A DNA stretch of 64,000 bases, from NCBI RefSeq assembly GCF_035084215.1, contig NW_027139581.1, positions 1,426,001 to 1,490,000 of the forward strand, read 5' to 3'. Both the position numbers and the translations under genes were made by a program. The stretch's first letter is position 1, and each line of letters begins with the position of its first letter. The notes beneath the pieces are model-generated. The model saw nothing but the letters and a program-made list of their open reading frames with translations. It did no database searches and was not told the DNA's origin. Shown one piece after another: positions 22,850 to 36,893 of the stretch. The DNA comes from Heptranchias perlo. Its lineage: Eukaryota.

Positions 22850-25560
22850 AACCACTCTTTGGGTAAAGAAGTTTCCCTTGAATTCCCTATTGGATTTATT
22901 AGTGACTATCTTATATCTATGGTCCCTTGTTCTGGACTCCCCCGCAAGTGGAATCATCTTCTCTATATCTACCCTATCAAACCCTTTCATAATCTTAAAG
23001 ACCTCTGTCAGGTGACCCCTCAGTCTTCTCTATTTTAGAGAAGAGAGTCTCAGCCTGTTCAATTTTTCCTGAGGTTCAACCTCTCGATTGTGGTATCAGC
23101 CTGGTGAATCTTTTCTGCACCTTCTCCAGTGCCCCATAGCCTTTTATAATATGGAGATCAGAACTGTTCATAGGACTCCAAGTGTGGTCTAACCAAGGTT
23201 CTATACAAGTATAACATAAATTCTCTGCATTCAAATTCTACTCCTCGAGAAATGAACCCCAGTGCTTGGTTTGCTTTTTTATGGCCTTAATAACCTGCAT
23301 CACTACTTTTAGTGATTTGTGTATCGATACCCCCAGGTCCCTCTGCTACTCTACCCCATTTAGATTCTTATTTGCCAAGGAGTATGTGGCCTCCTTATTC
23401 TTCCTATCTAAATGTACCACCTCACAATTATCTCTATTGAAATTCATTTGCCAATTACTCGCCCATTCTGCAGGTTCCTGTTTTATGTCGCAGTCCTCTC
23501 CAGTATTAACTATATCACCCTCACCCCCTTCCCCCAATTTGGGACATCTGCAAACTTTGAAATTGTCCTTCCGATTCCTGAGTCCAAATCGTTTATATAA
23601 ATGGTGAACAACAGTGATCCCAGCCCGGATCCTTGTGGAACACCACTTCCCACCTTTTGCCAGTCTGAGTAACTACCTTTAACCCCGACTCTCTGTTTTC
23701 TCTTTTGTAGCCAGCTTGCTACCCATCCTGCTACTTGTCCCCTGACTCCACATCTTATCGAAGGCCTTTTGAAAATCCAAATATATTACATCCACTGAAT
23801 TACCCTTGTCTACACTTTCTGTTACTTCTTCAAAGAATTCAATAAGGTTGGTCATCCATAACCTTCCATTTTGAAATCCGTGCTCACTATTCTTTATTAT
23901 ATTTACGGTTTCTAGATGTTTTCCTATAATATCTGTGAGTAAGGATTCCATTATCTTTCCTATTATCGACGTTAAGCTTCTTGATCAATAGTTCCTTGGA
24001 CTTTTTCTATCTCCCTTCTTCAATATAGGAATCACATTAGCTGTCTGCCAGTCCTCTGGTACTATTCCCTTTTCGAATGCCTGTTTATATATATGTAAAA
24101 GTGCCTCTGCTATCTCTTCTCTAACTTCCTTTAATATGCGCGGATGCAATCTATCCGGACCAGGGGTTTTATCCACTCTAAGTTTGATGAGTTTATCAAT
24201 TATCTTTTTTGATCTCTTCTTCCAATGCCATGCCCACCCTGATAAATACTGAGGCAAAGTAATTGTTTAATATTTCTGCAGTTTCACTGTCATGACCTGT
24301 GAGTTTATGGTGTGTATCCCTTAATGGCCCCATCCCTGTCCTGATTGTTCTTTTGTTATTTTTGTGTCTATCGCATACTTTACTATTTCTTTAGATAATC
24401 CTTGAAAATATAATTTCATCGTTTCTCTTTACCTTGCTTATTGGTTTGTTTTACTTCTTTCCTAACTTTCTCCTATTCCCCTTTGCCATCCTCTCATTTG
24501 TTATCTGTGTACTTAGTGCACGTTTTTTTTCAGTTTGAATTTTGCCCTTATTTCATTATTCATCCATGGTGTATCTTCACTGCCTGGTTTGTTCTTGCTT
24601 TTTAGTGGGATACATTTCTCCTGGACTCTATCGATAATTGTTTTAAATGTTGCCCACTTCTGTTCTATTTCTTTGTTTGTCAGTAAAGTTTTCCAGTTTA
24701 TTTTCCCTCGTTCCAGCGGTACAGCTCCTTCCTGTTCTAGTCCTGGTGCCAGTGTCCCATGAAATGGAACCCCTCCTTCCCACACCACTCTTTCAGACAC
24801 GCATTCACCTTCCTGATCTGTATATCCCTCCGCCATTTAGCACGTGGCTCGGGTTGTAATCCTGAGATTACCATCTGTAAGCTTCTGCTTCTTAAGTTGG
24901 TTCGTAGTTTCTGATATTCCCTCAGCAGGACCTCCTCCCGTTTCTTCCTTATGTCATTGGTGAGGACCTGGACCATGACAACTGGATCCACCCCATTTTT
25001 TCCAAGTCCCTCTCCAGTTGCTCCGGGATATTTACCCTTGCACCCGGTAGGAAACACACCCTCCTGTTCCTGACTGCAGAGGACGCTATCTATCCACTGA
25101 TTATAGAATCCCCAGTGACTTCAACCTTTCTATCCTGATCTTCCCGCCTTGGACTGCCTCATGCTCCACGGTGCCATGGTTAGGATTCTGGGCATCCTCC
25201 CTGCAGCCTTCACCCTCATCCTCACAGGTATCAAGTACCTCGTACCCGTTGGATAGGACCAGTGTCTGCGGGACCTCCTTCTCTACCTCCCCCTCCCTTA
25301 TGTGTTGGAGTGTCTCTAACTCACACTCCAGCTCAAAGACTCTTAGCTGCAGTGTCTCAATCCAGAGACATTTACTGCAGATGTGTCAATCTGGGACGGT
25401 CTCACTGTCTACAAACTCCCACATATTGCAGTCCCGACATACAGCCTGTACTGCTATTTCTAGCTTTTATTTACTTATTTATTGATCGGGAGTTTATTTC
25501 TCGGACTAATACAATCGCTTGAGATCTAGATTTATTTAGTAGATGGATTTAGCTTGATTT
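22850..25560 (-). mobile_element. Long degenerate CR1 with ORF1 (zinc finger + SGNH esterase) and ORF2 remnants
   Basis: 24737-25057 VQVLTNDI...VISGLQPEP...LKEWCGKEGFHFMGHW (CR1 ORF1 esterase); 23985-24257 PGPDRLHPRILKE...PEDWQTANV; 23679-23951 YLDFQKAFD. Confidence 0.85.
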
Positions 25561-27035
25561 CTAATTAATTAGAAATTAACTCCCATCTTCACAACACAGA
25601 GATCCTCTCCATCACAAAATCACATACTGCCAAAATCAAAGAGCCCTTACCATCATTAACTTCCATATCCGCACCACCCAGCTTCTTTCAGTGACTAAAT
25701 CCCAAACTCTCAGCACCCACGTTCCTTTCTGTTGCTCAATCCCATACCGGAATTACCCAGCCTCATTGCCAAAACGAAGTCACGTGCTTCCAATCCCTTT
25801 GACCGTTCCCACCAGCATGTTCCACTCTCCCATCACGCCAGCTCTGGCCATCACTTTGCCAGTACTCCCAGTATCCTGGTCCTTGTAAAGTTCGATGTCC
25901 TCATTATGCCCTGGGAGTAGCTTCAAATTCCTTATCCTCAACTTTCAACTCCTCCATATCTCCCTCACTCACCCCTAGAAACCTCCTTCAGCTGTATGTC
26001 CCTGTACACACGCTCTGCTGTTACATAACTGATTTAATTTAATTCTGGGATCTCATTTTTGCACCTCCGACATTAGTAACCACTCTTCAGTTACTATCCT
26101 CCTGGCTCATGGAGCTCGATTGGTAAAAAGCTCCAACTTGCCCCCTCCCTTCCTGTTTAGAAATGCCTCCTAAAAACCCTTATCGTTTGACGGTGCTTTC
26201 ATCCCTCCAAGGATTCTGGCTCTACCTCTCCCTCCTAATTGTTGCCCATGTATTTTCTTTCTTGCTGAAAAATTTGCAGGGCTATGGGGTAAGAGCAGGA
26301 AAGTGGGACTAATGAATAGCTCTTTCAAAGAGCCAGCACAGGCACGATGGTCCGAATGGCCTCCTGCTGTGCTGTTTCATTCTATGATTCTATGATTCTC
26401 CGCCCTATAAAGCCATCTAAATAAATGTTTTTGCCCATAATCTGGGCTGTAGCGATGCAGCGACTTCATGTGTCGATGTTGTAGATTCGAGGTTACAATA
26501 CAATAGAGGCCACTTTTTTTCAACGAGCTGCCTCGTAGGAAAGTCAAATCCAGAAAGATTTAAATGAGAATTCGACATAATTATCCTGAAATGTTAACAT
26601 GTCAGTGTTGTCATTTTTGTGTCAGTAATATGATATTCTGCTTGTAATATTTTAATTCACAGTGCCCATTTCACAAAAGGCTGGAAGTTCTTATAAAACC
26701 TTAAGATTATCATTCACTTGGGCAACAAAATACAAGAATTTATACATTTAAAACGTGTTTTCAGCCCTTCCTCTTTTTCTATCTATTCTTGGACATCTGT
26801 GAGTTCCCCTTTTATTCTGTTTCATTCCAATCCATTTACTACAGTGCTTTATAAATATAAAATCAGCGAAATTCGATCATAATCGGAAGGAATTCCCGCT
26901 TCCTCAGCCCTTCAGGTAAAACACAAGACAAGTTCATCAGTCACTAATGTCTCCCAGCTACTTGCAGAGCCAGAATCAGAACATGGAGAACTCAAGTAAA
27001 TGGGTTTGTTCAGCTTAATATTAGTGTCAAACATG

Positions 27036-27458
27036 GCGCACTCTCGCCTCTGTGTCAGAAGGTTGTGGGTTCAAGTCCCACTCCAGGGCCTTGAGCACAA
27101 AATCTAGACTGACAATCCAGTGCAGGACTGAGGGAGTGCTGTACTGTCGGAGGTGCCGTGTTTCTGATGAGAGTTTACCCATGGCCCCATCTGCAATCTG
27201 AGGTGGATGTAAAAGATCCCCCGGGACTATTGGAGGAAGAGATGGGAAGTTCTCCCTGGTGTCCTGGGCCCAATATTTATCCTTCCACTGCAACAGATTA
27301 TCTGGTCATTTATCTCATTGCTGCTTGTGGGACCTTGCTGTGCGCAAATGACTGCCGCCTTTCCTACATTACAACAGTTCAAAGGTACTTCTTTGTCTGC
27401 AACGCGCTTTGGGCCATCCTGAGGTCGTGACAGGCGCGATATAAATGCAAGTCTTTTT
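27036..27458 (+). mobile_element. Near full-length tRNA-derived Deu-domain SINE (SacSINE1-like)
   Basis: ggttcaagtccc B-box-like head; ctggtgtcctggg...aatatttatcc core; L2-like tail ataaatgcaagtcttttt. Confidence 0.8.
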
Positions 27459-27882
27459 TATGGTTTGAATGAGTTTAAACAGCCTGCATCGAGGCCATCA
27501 AAGGGCTCAGATGTTGCATTTCCATATTTTTGTGGGAGAAACATAAATTAAAGAGAAAAAGACGGAAAGACACACGCACATGTGTGCTACAGACACTCCT
27601 CTCTCTCCCTCAGTGGCAATTTTACATTGGCCATTTCCGGTCACCGAGTACCCAACTGGAGGAAATTGACTTTTTCCAAATCACCTTTTCAATGCAATTC
27701 ATAATTTTAAAACTTTTGTTAAATTTCCGTTTAGGCTTATCTTCTGCAGTGAAAATAGTTGCAGATTCCAATATATCTCCTAACACGATAGCGTGCCGTG
27801 CCTGGTATCATCCTGGTGAATCTACACTGTATATTCTGTATGGCTTTGGTGTCCTTTTTACAATGGGACTCCCAAAACGATG

Positions 27883-28118
27883 AAATAAAACAGAAAATGC
27901 TGGAAATGCTCAGGAGGTCAGGCAGCATCCGTGGGGAAAGGAACAGAAATAACGTTTCAGGTAGATTGACTTCTTCCAGTTCTGACAAAAGGTTGTCGAC
28001 CTGAAACGTTAACTCTGTTTCTCTCTCCACAGATGCTGCCTGACCTGCTGAGTATTTCCAGCATTTTCCGTTCATATTTCAGATTTCCAGCATTCGCAGA
28101 ATTTTACTTTTGATTTCG
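27883..28118. mobile_element. Fold-back non-autonomous Penelope-like insertion with a degenerate hammerhead motif and 12-bp TSD
   Basis: ~75-bp inverted arms (27887-27962 vs 27999-28075); flanking cccaaaacgatg (27871-27882) and cccaaaactatg (28119-28130). Confidence 0.65.
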
Positions 28119-31079
28119 CCCAAAACTATGAGATGTTTAATGTCCACTCGAACCACCAGAACAGGTCCATAGGATGCCAGTTTAATGGGCTATTCGAGTA
28201 ACCGCACCTCCGACTATGCAGCTTTGATAATGTGCGCTCTAAGTTCTAGGTCAGAAAGTTGACATCAGCCCAGAAGCTCTGTTGCGGAGAGAAGTGTGGT
28301 AACTACTGATGGTCACACAAAGAGCCAAACTCAAGTAACTTTATTTTTGTCGGTATCATAGAATCTGCCAATTTACAGCAGGGAGGCAGGTCCTGTTTGG
28401 TGCTACTGGCTGTTCACCTGGAATTGTTGACTGCAATCCCATTTTTCTGCCCTTTCCCTATATCATTTTTATAGCCTCCATTTTTAAAAGCCTCTCAATT
28501 TCTGTGTGGCCATTCCCGTGCCTCCCTAACTGTTTCTCAATGTATTCATGTATCTCCTTTACCCATCACTATTTCTGTGTCACCTCTGTCTTTCGTTCTT
28601 TCTATCCATCCATTTCTTTCTTTCTGTCTTTCTTTCTTTAATTGGTGTTTTATTCTCGACTCAGTATCCACTCTTGGCAAAGCGTTTTACTTTCTGATTA
28701 ACCTTCTTTACCAACAGATTTTTTTCTGTCCCCTGTTCTTCCAGTGATAATCTTCAGCCGATCTCCCCTTTCAGTGAATGTGTTAAAACCAAGTTCATAT
28801 TTTATTCTTTAAACTGAAATGGAGGTAAATACAGTTTTGAACTATAATGGAGATATTCCAGTTATTGAGCTTTTCGGGTCAGCCCGCCCACAGAGACAGG
28901 AAGTCTGTTCAGGTTGAAAACATAAAGCTGCTGCCTTTGATTTCATTCTCAGTCAACACACTTCCTGTTTTTCTGCTGCCTGCTCGAAACCACACATCTC
29001 ACTTCTGAGCAAAAAATAAATACAGGAGCCATAATCTGATGGCAACATCTTACAGCGCAGTCTAAATATGGCCGCAGGGTCGGTGCAGAAGGACAGAGAT
29101 AAGCATTGCGGTGATATTTGCAAATGAGCCTTTCTCTGTTCGAGTCTCCATTGAGGACATGACTGGCGGTATCTTTGGAAACAGTCACTCAGCTTCCTCT
29201 GGTATCTGAAGCAGTGACCTGATGGTTCGCTGCCTTTCATTTCATGTCTTTCTCTCCATTACTTATTTCTCTATTCCTCAGCTTTTTTCCCTCTCGCTCC
29301 CTCCTGACTCTTTCTATTTTTAAGTCCCTTTCTCCCTCTTTTTCTCTTTCTTAGTTTTTCTTTCTGTTTGTCCCTCGTTCTCCCTGTATTTCTCTCCATC
29401 TCAGTGTATCGATTCCTTTGTCTCCCGATCTGTTTCTCTCTGTATTTATATCTCGCCTTGTCCCATCACCATTTCTGTGTCTACCTCTGTCTTTCATTAT
29501 TTCTCGCTCTCTCTCTGTTTCTGTCACTATTTCTTTCTTTCTTTCTTGTATCTTTTTGCCTCTGTCGTTTTTTTTCTATCCTTCTCTCCCTACCGCTCTC
29601 AGTATCTCTCTATCCTTGTCGCTGTATAATAAACTGAGGCCCGTCTGCCCTCTCAAGTGGACATAAAGATTTCCGCGGCAGGTTTAGGGAGGTTCTTTCA
29701 CTGTCCTTTCCAACAGATACAAAAAGTAATCACAAAGGTTATTGGAAAGTTAGCCTTTATCTAAAGGGGACTGGAATTCAAGGGGGTGGATGTTATGTTA
29801 CAGCTGTACAGAGCTCAGGTTATACCCCATCGGTGGTACTGCATTCAGATCTGGGCACTGCAACTCAGGAAGGATATATTGGCCTTGGAGCGGGTGCAGC
29901 GCAGATTCACCAGAATGATACTTTTTCCCATTCCTGGGATGTGGGCATTTATTGCCCATCGCCAGTGGGTGGGGGCGGGGGGTCTTCTTCTTGAAACGCT
30001 GCAGTCCTATTCGTTCTCGCGGTCTGATACAACGAAGTGGCTCGCTCGGCCACTTGACAAGGCAGTTAAGTGTCCACCAGGTTGCTGTGGGATTGGAGTT
30101 GCATTTGGCCAGACAGGGAAAGGGCGGCAGATTCCCTTCCCTAAAGGACATTAGGGAACCAGTTGGGTTTTTAAAACAATCCGATTGCTTCATGGTTACT
30201 TTTACTGAGATCAGATTTTCATTTAGTGTTTAAACAACTGAATTCAAATTCTCAATCTTTCATATTTGAACTCATGTTCTCTGAATTAATCGTCCAGGCC
30301 TCTGTATTACTGGTCAAGGAACATAATCACTACACTACCGGTGCCCCTAATTATTACACTGCACCCTCTTTCTGCTGTTGTAACACAACCATGCCTTCAT
30401 TATTGTTGTTATTTTAATTATTATTATTATTATTCGAATAGATTCTGTCTCTCCTTCATTACACTGGACCCTGGCCTCTGTTATTATTATTATATCAAAA
30501 CCCTCTGCCCTTGTATTTCAGTGGTTCTTTGTTGTTGTAACAGTAAACCCTCCCTCTGCTCTTATTACACTAGACCCTGTTCTGCTTTGTTACACTAGAC
30601 CCTGGGGTAGATTTTAGTTGTCATGGCCTGGAACTAAAGTCAGGCGGGGTCTGTAAAGGCCGTGCGATCCATTCAGCAGATTAGCTCCCAGGTAGTGATG
30701 ACGGAATTCTTCCCCAATCTCTGCTATCGTTACACTAAACATCCTGTCTGTTAAACTAGAGGATGAGTTTGTGAATTTTATTGGAGAACAATGCATCTGT
30801 TATTGTTACTGTCGACAATTCTTACACCAGACCTCCCTTTGTTGTGGTTACACTAAAAACCCTGGGAGTAATTTTCACCTTCATCGCCTGGATAGTAATT
30901 CATTTCCTGTGAACAAACACCATAATCTGTTTAATCTCTATTCATATTACACTAAGCTCTGCCTCAATTATTAATGCACGAGACCATGTCTCTGTTTATA
31001 CTGCACCATGCCCTGCCTCAGATATTACTGCACTCGACCCGGTGTCTTTTTATATTACACTGCACCCTGTCTCAGTTAT

Positions 31080-32055
31080 TACTGCCCAACCATCTTCAGC
31101 AACTTCATCAATGACCTTCCCTCCATCGCAAGGTCAGAAATGAGGATATTCGCTGATGATTGCACAGTGTTCAGTTCCATTCGCAACCCCTCAGATAATG
31201 AAGCACTCCTTGGCTGCATGCAGCAAGACCTGGACAACATCCAGGCTTGGGCTGATAAGTGGCAATTAGCATTCGCGCCAGACAAGTGTCAGGCAATGAT
31301 CATCTCCAACAAGAGAGAGTCTAACCGCATCCGCTTGACATTCAATGACATTACCATTCGGTGGCCGAATCCCCCACCATCAACATCCTGGGGGTCACCA
31401 TTGACTAGAAACTTAACTGGACCAGCCACAAAAATACTGTGGCTACAAGAGCAGGTCAGAGGCTGGGTATTCTGCGGCGAGTGACTCAACTCCTGACTCC
31501 CCAAAGCCTTTCCACCATCTACAAGGCACAAGTCAGGAGTATGATGGAATACTCTCCACTTGCCTGGATGAGTGCAGCTCGAACAACATTCAAGAAGACC
31601 GACACCATCAAGGACAAAGCAGCCCGCTTGATTGGCACCTCATCCACCTCCCTAAACATTCACTCCCTTCACCACCGGCGCACAGTGGCTGCAGTGTGTA
31701 CCATCCACAGGATGCACTGCAGCAACTCGCTAAGACTTCTTCGACAGCACCTCCCAAACCCACGACCACGATCACCAAGAAGGACAAGGGCAGCAGGCAC
31801 ATGGGAAACAAACCACCTGCACGTTCCCCTTCAAGTCACACACCATCCCGACTTGGAAATATATCGCCGTTCCTTCATCGTCGCTGGGTCAAAATCCTGG
31901 AACTCCCTTCTTAACAGCACTGTGGGAGAACCTTCACCACACGGACTGCAACGGTTGAAGAAGGCAGCTCACCTCCACCTTCTCAAGGGCAGTAAGGGAT
32001 GGGCAATAAATGCTGGCCGAGCCAGCGAAGCCCGCATCCCATGAACGAATTAAAG
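31080..32055 (+). mobile_element. 5'-truncated CR1-group LINE
   Basis: FINDLP...IFADDCTV RT core; ORF 31439-32044 YKAQVRSMMEYSPLAW; 3' tail gcaataaatgctggcc...catcccatgaacgaat. Confidence 0.88.
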
Positions 32056-32146
32056 GAAAGACAAGGTGTCTGTTTATATTACACTGCACCCTGCCTCATT
32101 TATTATTGCACTAGACCCTGTTTCTCTTTATATTACACCAGCCCAT

Positions 32147-33200
32147 GTATCATAGTATCATAGTACCATAGTAAGTCCAGCAAAGGACGCCATTCGGCCC
32201 ATTGTGCCTGCGCCGGCTCTTTGAAAGAGCTATCCAATTGGTCCCATTTCCCAGCTCTTTCGACATAGCCCAGTAATTTATTTCCCTTCAATTATTTATC
32301 CAATTCCCTTTTGAAAGTTATGATTCAATCTACTTCCACCACCCTTTCAGGCAGCGCATTCCAGATATGTAACAACTCGCTGCGTCAAAAAATGATTCCT
32401 CATGTCGCTTCTGGCTCTTCTACTGATCACCTTAAATCTGTATCCTCTGGTTACGGACCTTTCTGCCATTGGAAACAGTTTCTCCTTATTTACTCTATCA
32501 GAACCGTTCATGATTTTGAACAAATCTATCAAATCTCTCCTTAACCTTCTCTCTTATAAGGAGAACAACCCCAGCTTCTTCAATCTCTCCACATAACTGA
32601 AGTCCCTCACCCCTGGCACCATTCTGGTAAATCTCTTCTGAACCCTCTCTAAGACTTTGACATCCTTCCTTAAGTGTGGTGCCAAGAATTGAACGCAATA
32701 CTCCAGCTGCGGCTTAACCAGTGTTTTATAAAGGTTTCGCATAACTTTCTTCTTTTTGTACTCTCAGCCTCGATTAAAAAAGCCCAGGGCCCCACATGCT
32801 TTTAAAAAGCCTTTTCAACTTGTTCTGCCACCTTCGAAGATTTGTGTGCATACACCCTCGGTTTTGTCTGTTCATGTACCCCCTTTTAAATTGTACCATT
32901 TCGTTCATATTTCCTCTCCTCATTCTGCCTACCAACATGGGCAATTGGGGATTGGCAATAAATGCTGGCCTCGCCAGCGACGCCCACATCCCGTGAACGA
33001 ATAAAAAATAATGTGTCACACCACGCTTCTCTACGTTAAATTTCATCTGCCATGTGTCTGCCCATTTCACCAGTGTGTCCATGTCCTCCTGAAGTCTGTT
33101 ACTATCCTCCGCATTGTTTACGACATTTCCGAGTTTCGTGACATCTGCAAACTTTGAAATTATACCATCTGTACCCAAGCCCAGGTCATTAATATATAAC
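32147..33200 (-). mobile_element. CR1 3' portion with a nested short LINE tail (~32938-33008)
   Basis: YINDL...SKFADVTKL and LYKTLVKPQLEYCVQF motifs; 3' tail at 32147-32170. Confidence 0.88.
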
Positions 33201-33919
33201 AAAAAGTTGTTTGATGCCTCAGTTATTAATGCAATAGACCATGTCGCTGTTTATACAACACTAGACGATATCTCAGTTATTACTGCATTAGACCATGTCA
33301 CTTTTTAAATTACATTAGGCACTGTCTCAGTTATTGCTGCACGAGGCCTTGTCTCAATTCATGATACATTACCCCCTGTCTCAGTTATTACAGCACAAGA
33401 TCATGTCTCTGATTTATATTATGCTGGACCCACTCTCAATTATTACTTCACTGGACATACGTCTCAGTTATTGCTTCAGTAGACCACGGCTCAGTGAATA
33501 CTCCACCAGGCCATGACTCTCTTTGTATTCCACTCGGCTCTGCCTCAGTTATTACTGCACGAGACCATGTTCTGTTGACAATACACGAAATCTTTGCTCA
33601 GTTTTTACTGCACTCATCCACGTCTCTGTTTATATTACACTGGACCATGCCTTCGTTATTACTGCAATAAACCATGTCTCATTTTTATAATGCACCTGAC
33701 GATGTCTCAGTTATTACTGCAATAAACCATGTGTCATTTCATATCACACTGGATCCTGTCTCAGTTATTACGGCACTAGACCATGTCTCTGTTTGAATTA
33801 CATGAGGCCCTCTCCCAGTTATTCCTGCACTAGGCCAGGTATCTGGTTATATTACACGAAACCATGTCTCTGTTTACATTATACTAGGCCCTCGCTCATT
33901 TATTTCTGCACTAGTACAT

Positions 33920-36893
33920 GGCTCGGGTAAGAAAAAATGGTAATGAGACAAATATGGCTAGAGTACAAACAAATGTTAAGATGTCTAAAAATGCGAGAAA
34001 GACCAATTTAAAGGCACTGTATCTGATTGCACGAAGCACTCGTAATAAGGTAGACGAATTAACACCGCAAATAGATGTAAACGGATATGATATAATTGAA
34101 ATTACAGAGACATGGCTTCAGGGTGACCAAGGCTGGGAGCTGAATATCCAAGGATATTCAATATTTAGGAAGGACAGGCAAAAATGAAAAGGAGGTGGGG
34201 TGGCGTTGTCAGTAAAGGATGAAATCAGAGCAACAGTGAGAAAGGATATTGGCTCAGAAAATCAAGATGTAGAATTAGTCTGGGTAGAGTTAAGAAGCAC
34301 CAAAGGGCAAAAAACACTGGTGGGAGTTGTCTATCGGCCTCCAAACAGAAATGGTGATGTAGGGGATGGCATCAAACAGGAAATTAGAGGTGCATGTAAC
34401 AAGGGTACTAGAGTAATCATGGGTGACTTCATTCTAAATATAGACTGGCCAAACCAAATTAGCAATAATACTGTGGAGGATGCATTCCTGGAGTGTGCAC
34501 GAGATGGTTTCTTAGACCAGTACGTCGAGGAACCAACCAGGAAACAGGTTATCCTAGATTGGGTATTGTGCAATGAGAAGGGATTAATTAATAATCTTGT
34601 TGTGCAGGGTCCTTTTGGGAAGAGTGACCATAACATGACAGAATTCTTCATTTAGATGCAAAGTGAAGCAGTCTAATCAGAAACTCGGGTCCTAAATCTA
34701 AACAAAGGAAACCACGATGTTATGAGGAGTGAGTTGGCTGTGATAGATTGGGAAGTTTCATTAAAAGGCATGACGGTGGATAGACAATGGCTAACGTTTA
34801 AGGAACGAATGCATGAATTGCAACAATTATACATTCCTTTCTGGCGAAAAAACACAAAACGAAAAGCGGCCCAACCATGGCTAACAAAAGAAATTAAGAA
34901 TAGTATCAATAAAATTAGTATCCATATAAAGTTGCAAGAAAAAGTAGCAAGACTGAGGATTGGGATCAGTTTAGAATTCAGCAAAAAAGGATTAAGAGAT
35001 TGATTAAGAGGGGAGAAATAGAGTATGAGAGTAAACTTGCAAGGAACATCAAAGTGTACTGTAAAAGCTTCTGCAAGTATGTAAAAAGAAAAAGGTTAGT
35101 GTAGGTCCCTTACAGTCAGAAGCTTGATAATTTTTAATGGGGAACAAGGAAATGGCAGAGTAATTAAACAAATACTTTGGTTCTGTCTTCACGGAAGGGG
35201 ATACAAATAACTACCCAGAAATGCGAGGGAACTAAGGGTCTAGTGAGAAGGAGGAATTGAAAGAAATTAGAATTGGTAAGAAAATAGTGCTGGAGAAATT
35301 ACTGGGACTGAAAGCCGATAAATCCCCAGGGCCTGATAATCTTCAACCCAGAGTACGAAAACAGGTGGCCATGGAAATAGTGGATGCATTAGTTGTCATC
35401 TTCTAAAATCTTATCGATTTTTATCAGTTCCTGCTGATTGGAGGGTTGCAAATATAACCCCACAATTTAAAACAGGATGGAGAGAGAATATAGGGAACGA
35501 CAGACCGGTTAGCCTAACATCAGTATTAGGGAAAATGCTAGAGTCTATTATAAAGGTTGTGATAACAGGACGCTTAGAAAATGTCAACGGGATTAGGCAA
35601 AGTCAACATGGATTTATGAAAAGGAAATCGTGTTTGGCAAACCTACTGGAGTATTTTTGAGGATGTAACTAGAAGAATAGATAAGGGAGAACGAGTGCAT
35701 GTGGTACATTTGGATTTTCAGAAGGCCTTTGATAAAATCCCACATAAGAGAAGAGTGTGCAAAATTGAAGAACATGGGATTGGTGGTAATATACCGGCAT
35801 GGATTGAAAATTGGTTGACAGGAAACACAGAGTATCAATAAATGGGACTATTTCGGGGTGCAGGCATTGACTGGTGGGGTACAACAGGGACCAGTGCTTG
35901 GTCCCCAGCTATTCACAATATATATCAATGATTTGGATGAGGGAACCAAATGTAATATTTCCAAGTTTGCTGACGACACAAAACTGGGTGAGATCGTGAG
36001 TTGTGAGGAGGATGCAAAGAGGCTCGAAGGCGATTTAGGCAAGTTGAGTAAGTGGGCAAATACATGGCAGATGCAGTATAATGAGGATAAATGTGAAGTT
36101 ATCCACTTCGGAAGGAAAAACAGAAAGGCTGAGAATTATTTAAATGGCGATAGATTGGGAAATGTTGATGTACAAAGGGACCTGGATGTTTTTGTACACC
36201 AGTCACTGAAAGCTAACATGCAGGTGCAGCAAGCAGTTCGGAATGCAAATGGTATGTTGACCTTCATTGCAAGAGGATTTGAGCACAGGAGCAACGATGT
36301 CTCACTGCAGTTATACAGGGCCTTGGTGAGACCACACTTGGAGTATTGTGTGCAGTTTTGTTCTCCTTACCTGAGAAAGGATATACTTGCCATAGAGGGA
36401 GTGCAGCGAAGGTTCTCCAGACTGATTCCTGGGATGGCAGGACTGTCGTGTGAGGAAAGATTGGGCCGACTCGGCCTGCATTCACTCGTGTTTAGAAGAA
36501 TGATCTCGTTGAAACGGAGAAAATTCTGACAGGGCTAGACAGGCTGAATGCAAGGAGGATGTTTCCCCTTGCTGGGGTGTCCAGAACGAGCGGTCAGAGT
36601 CTCAGGATACGAGATAGGACATTAAGGACTGACATGAGGAGAAATTTCTTCACTCAAAGAGTGGTGAACCTGTGGAATTCTCGACCTAATGAAGCTGTGG
36701 AGGCCAAATCACTGAATATATTTAAGAAGGAGCTAAATAGATTTCCAGACATAAAAGGCATCAAGTGGTATGGGGAGAGAGCGGGAAAATGGTATTGAGT
36801 TCGAGGATCAGCCATGATCATATTGAATGGTGCGGCAGGCTCGAACGGCCGAATGGCCGATACCTACTCCTATTTTCTATGTTTCTATGTTTT
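33920..36893 (+). mobile_element. CR1 LINE with near-complete but disrupted ORF2 (APE endonuclease + RT)
   Basis: ITETWL, GVVYRPP, MGDF, SDHN endonuclease motifs; QGPVLGPQLF, SKFADDTKL RT motifs; (ttctatgt) tail; multiple stops and frameshifts. Confidence 0.92.
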
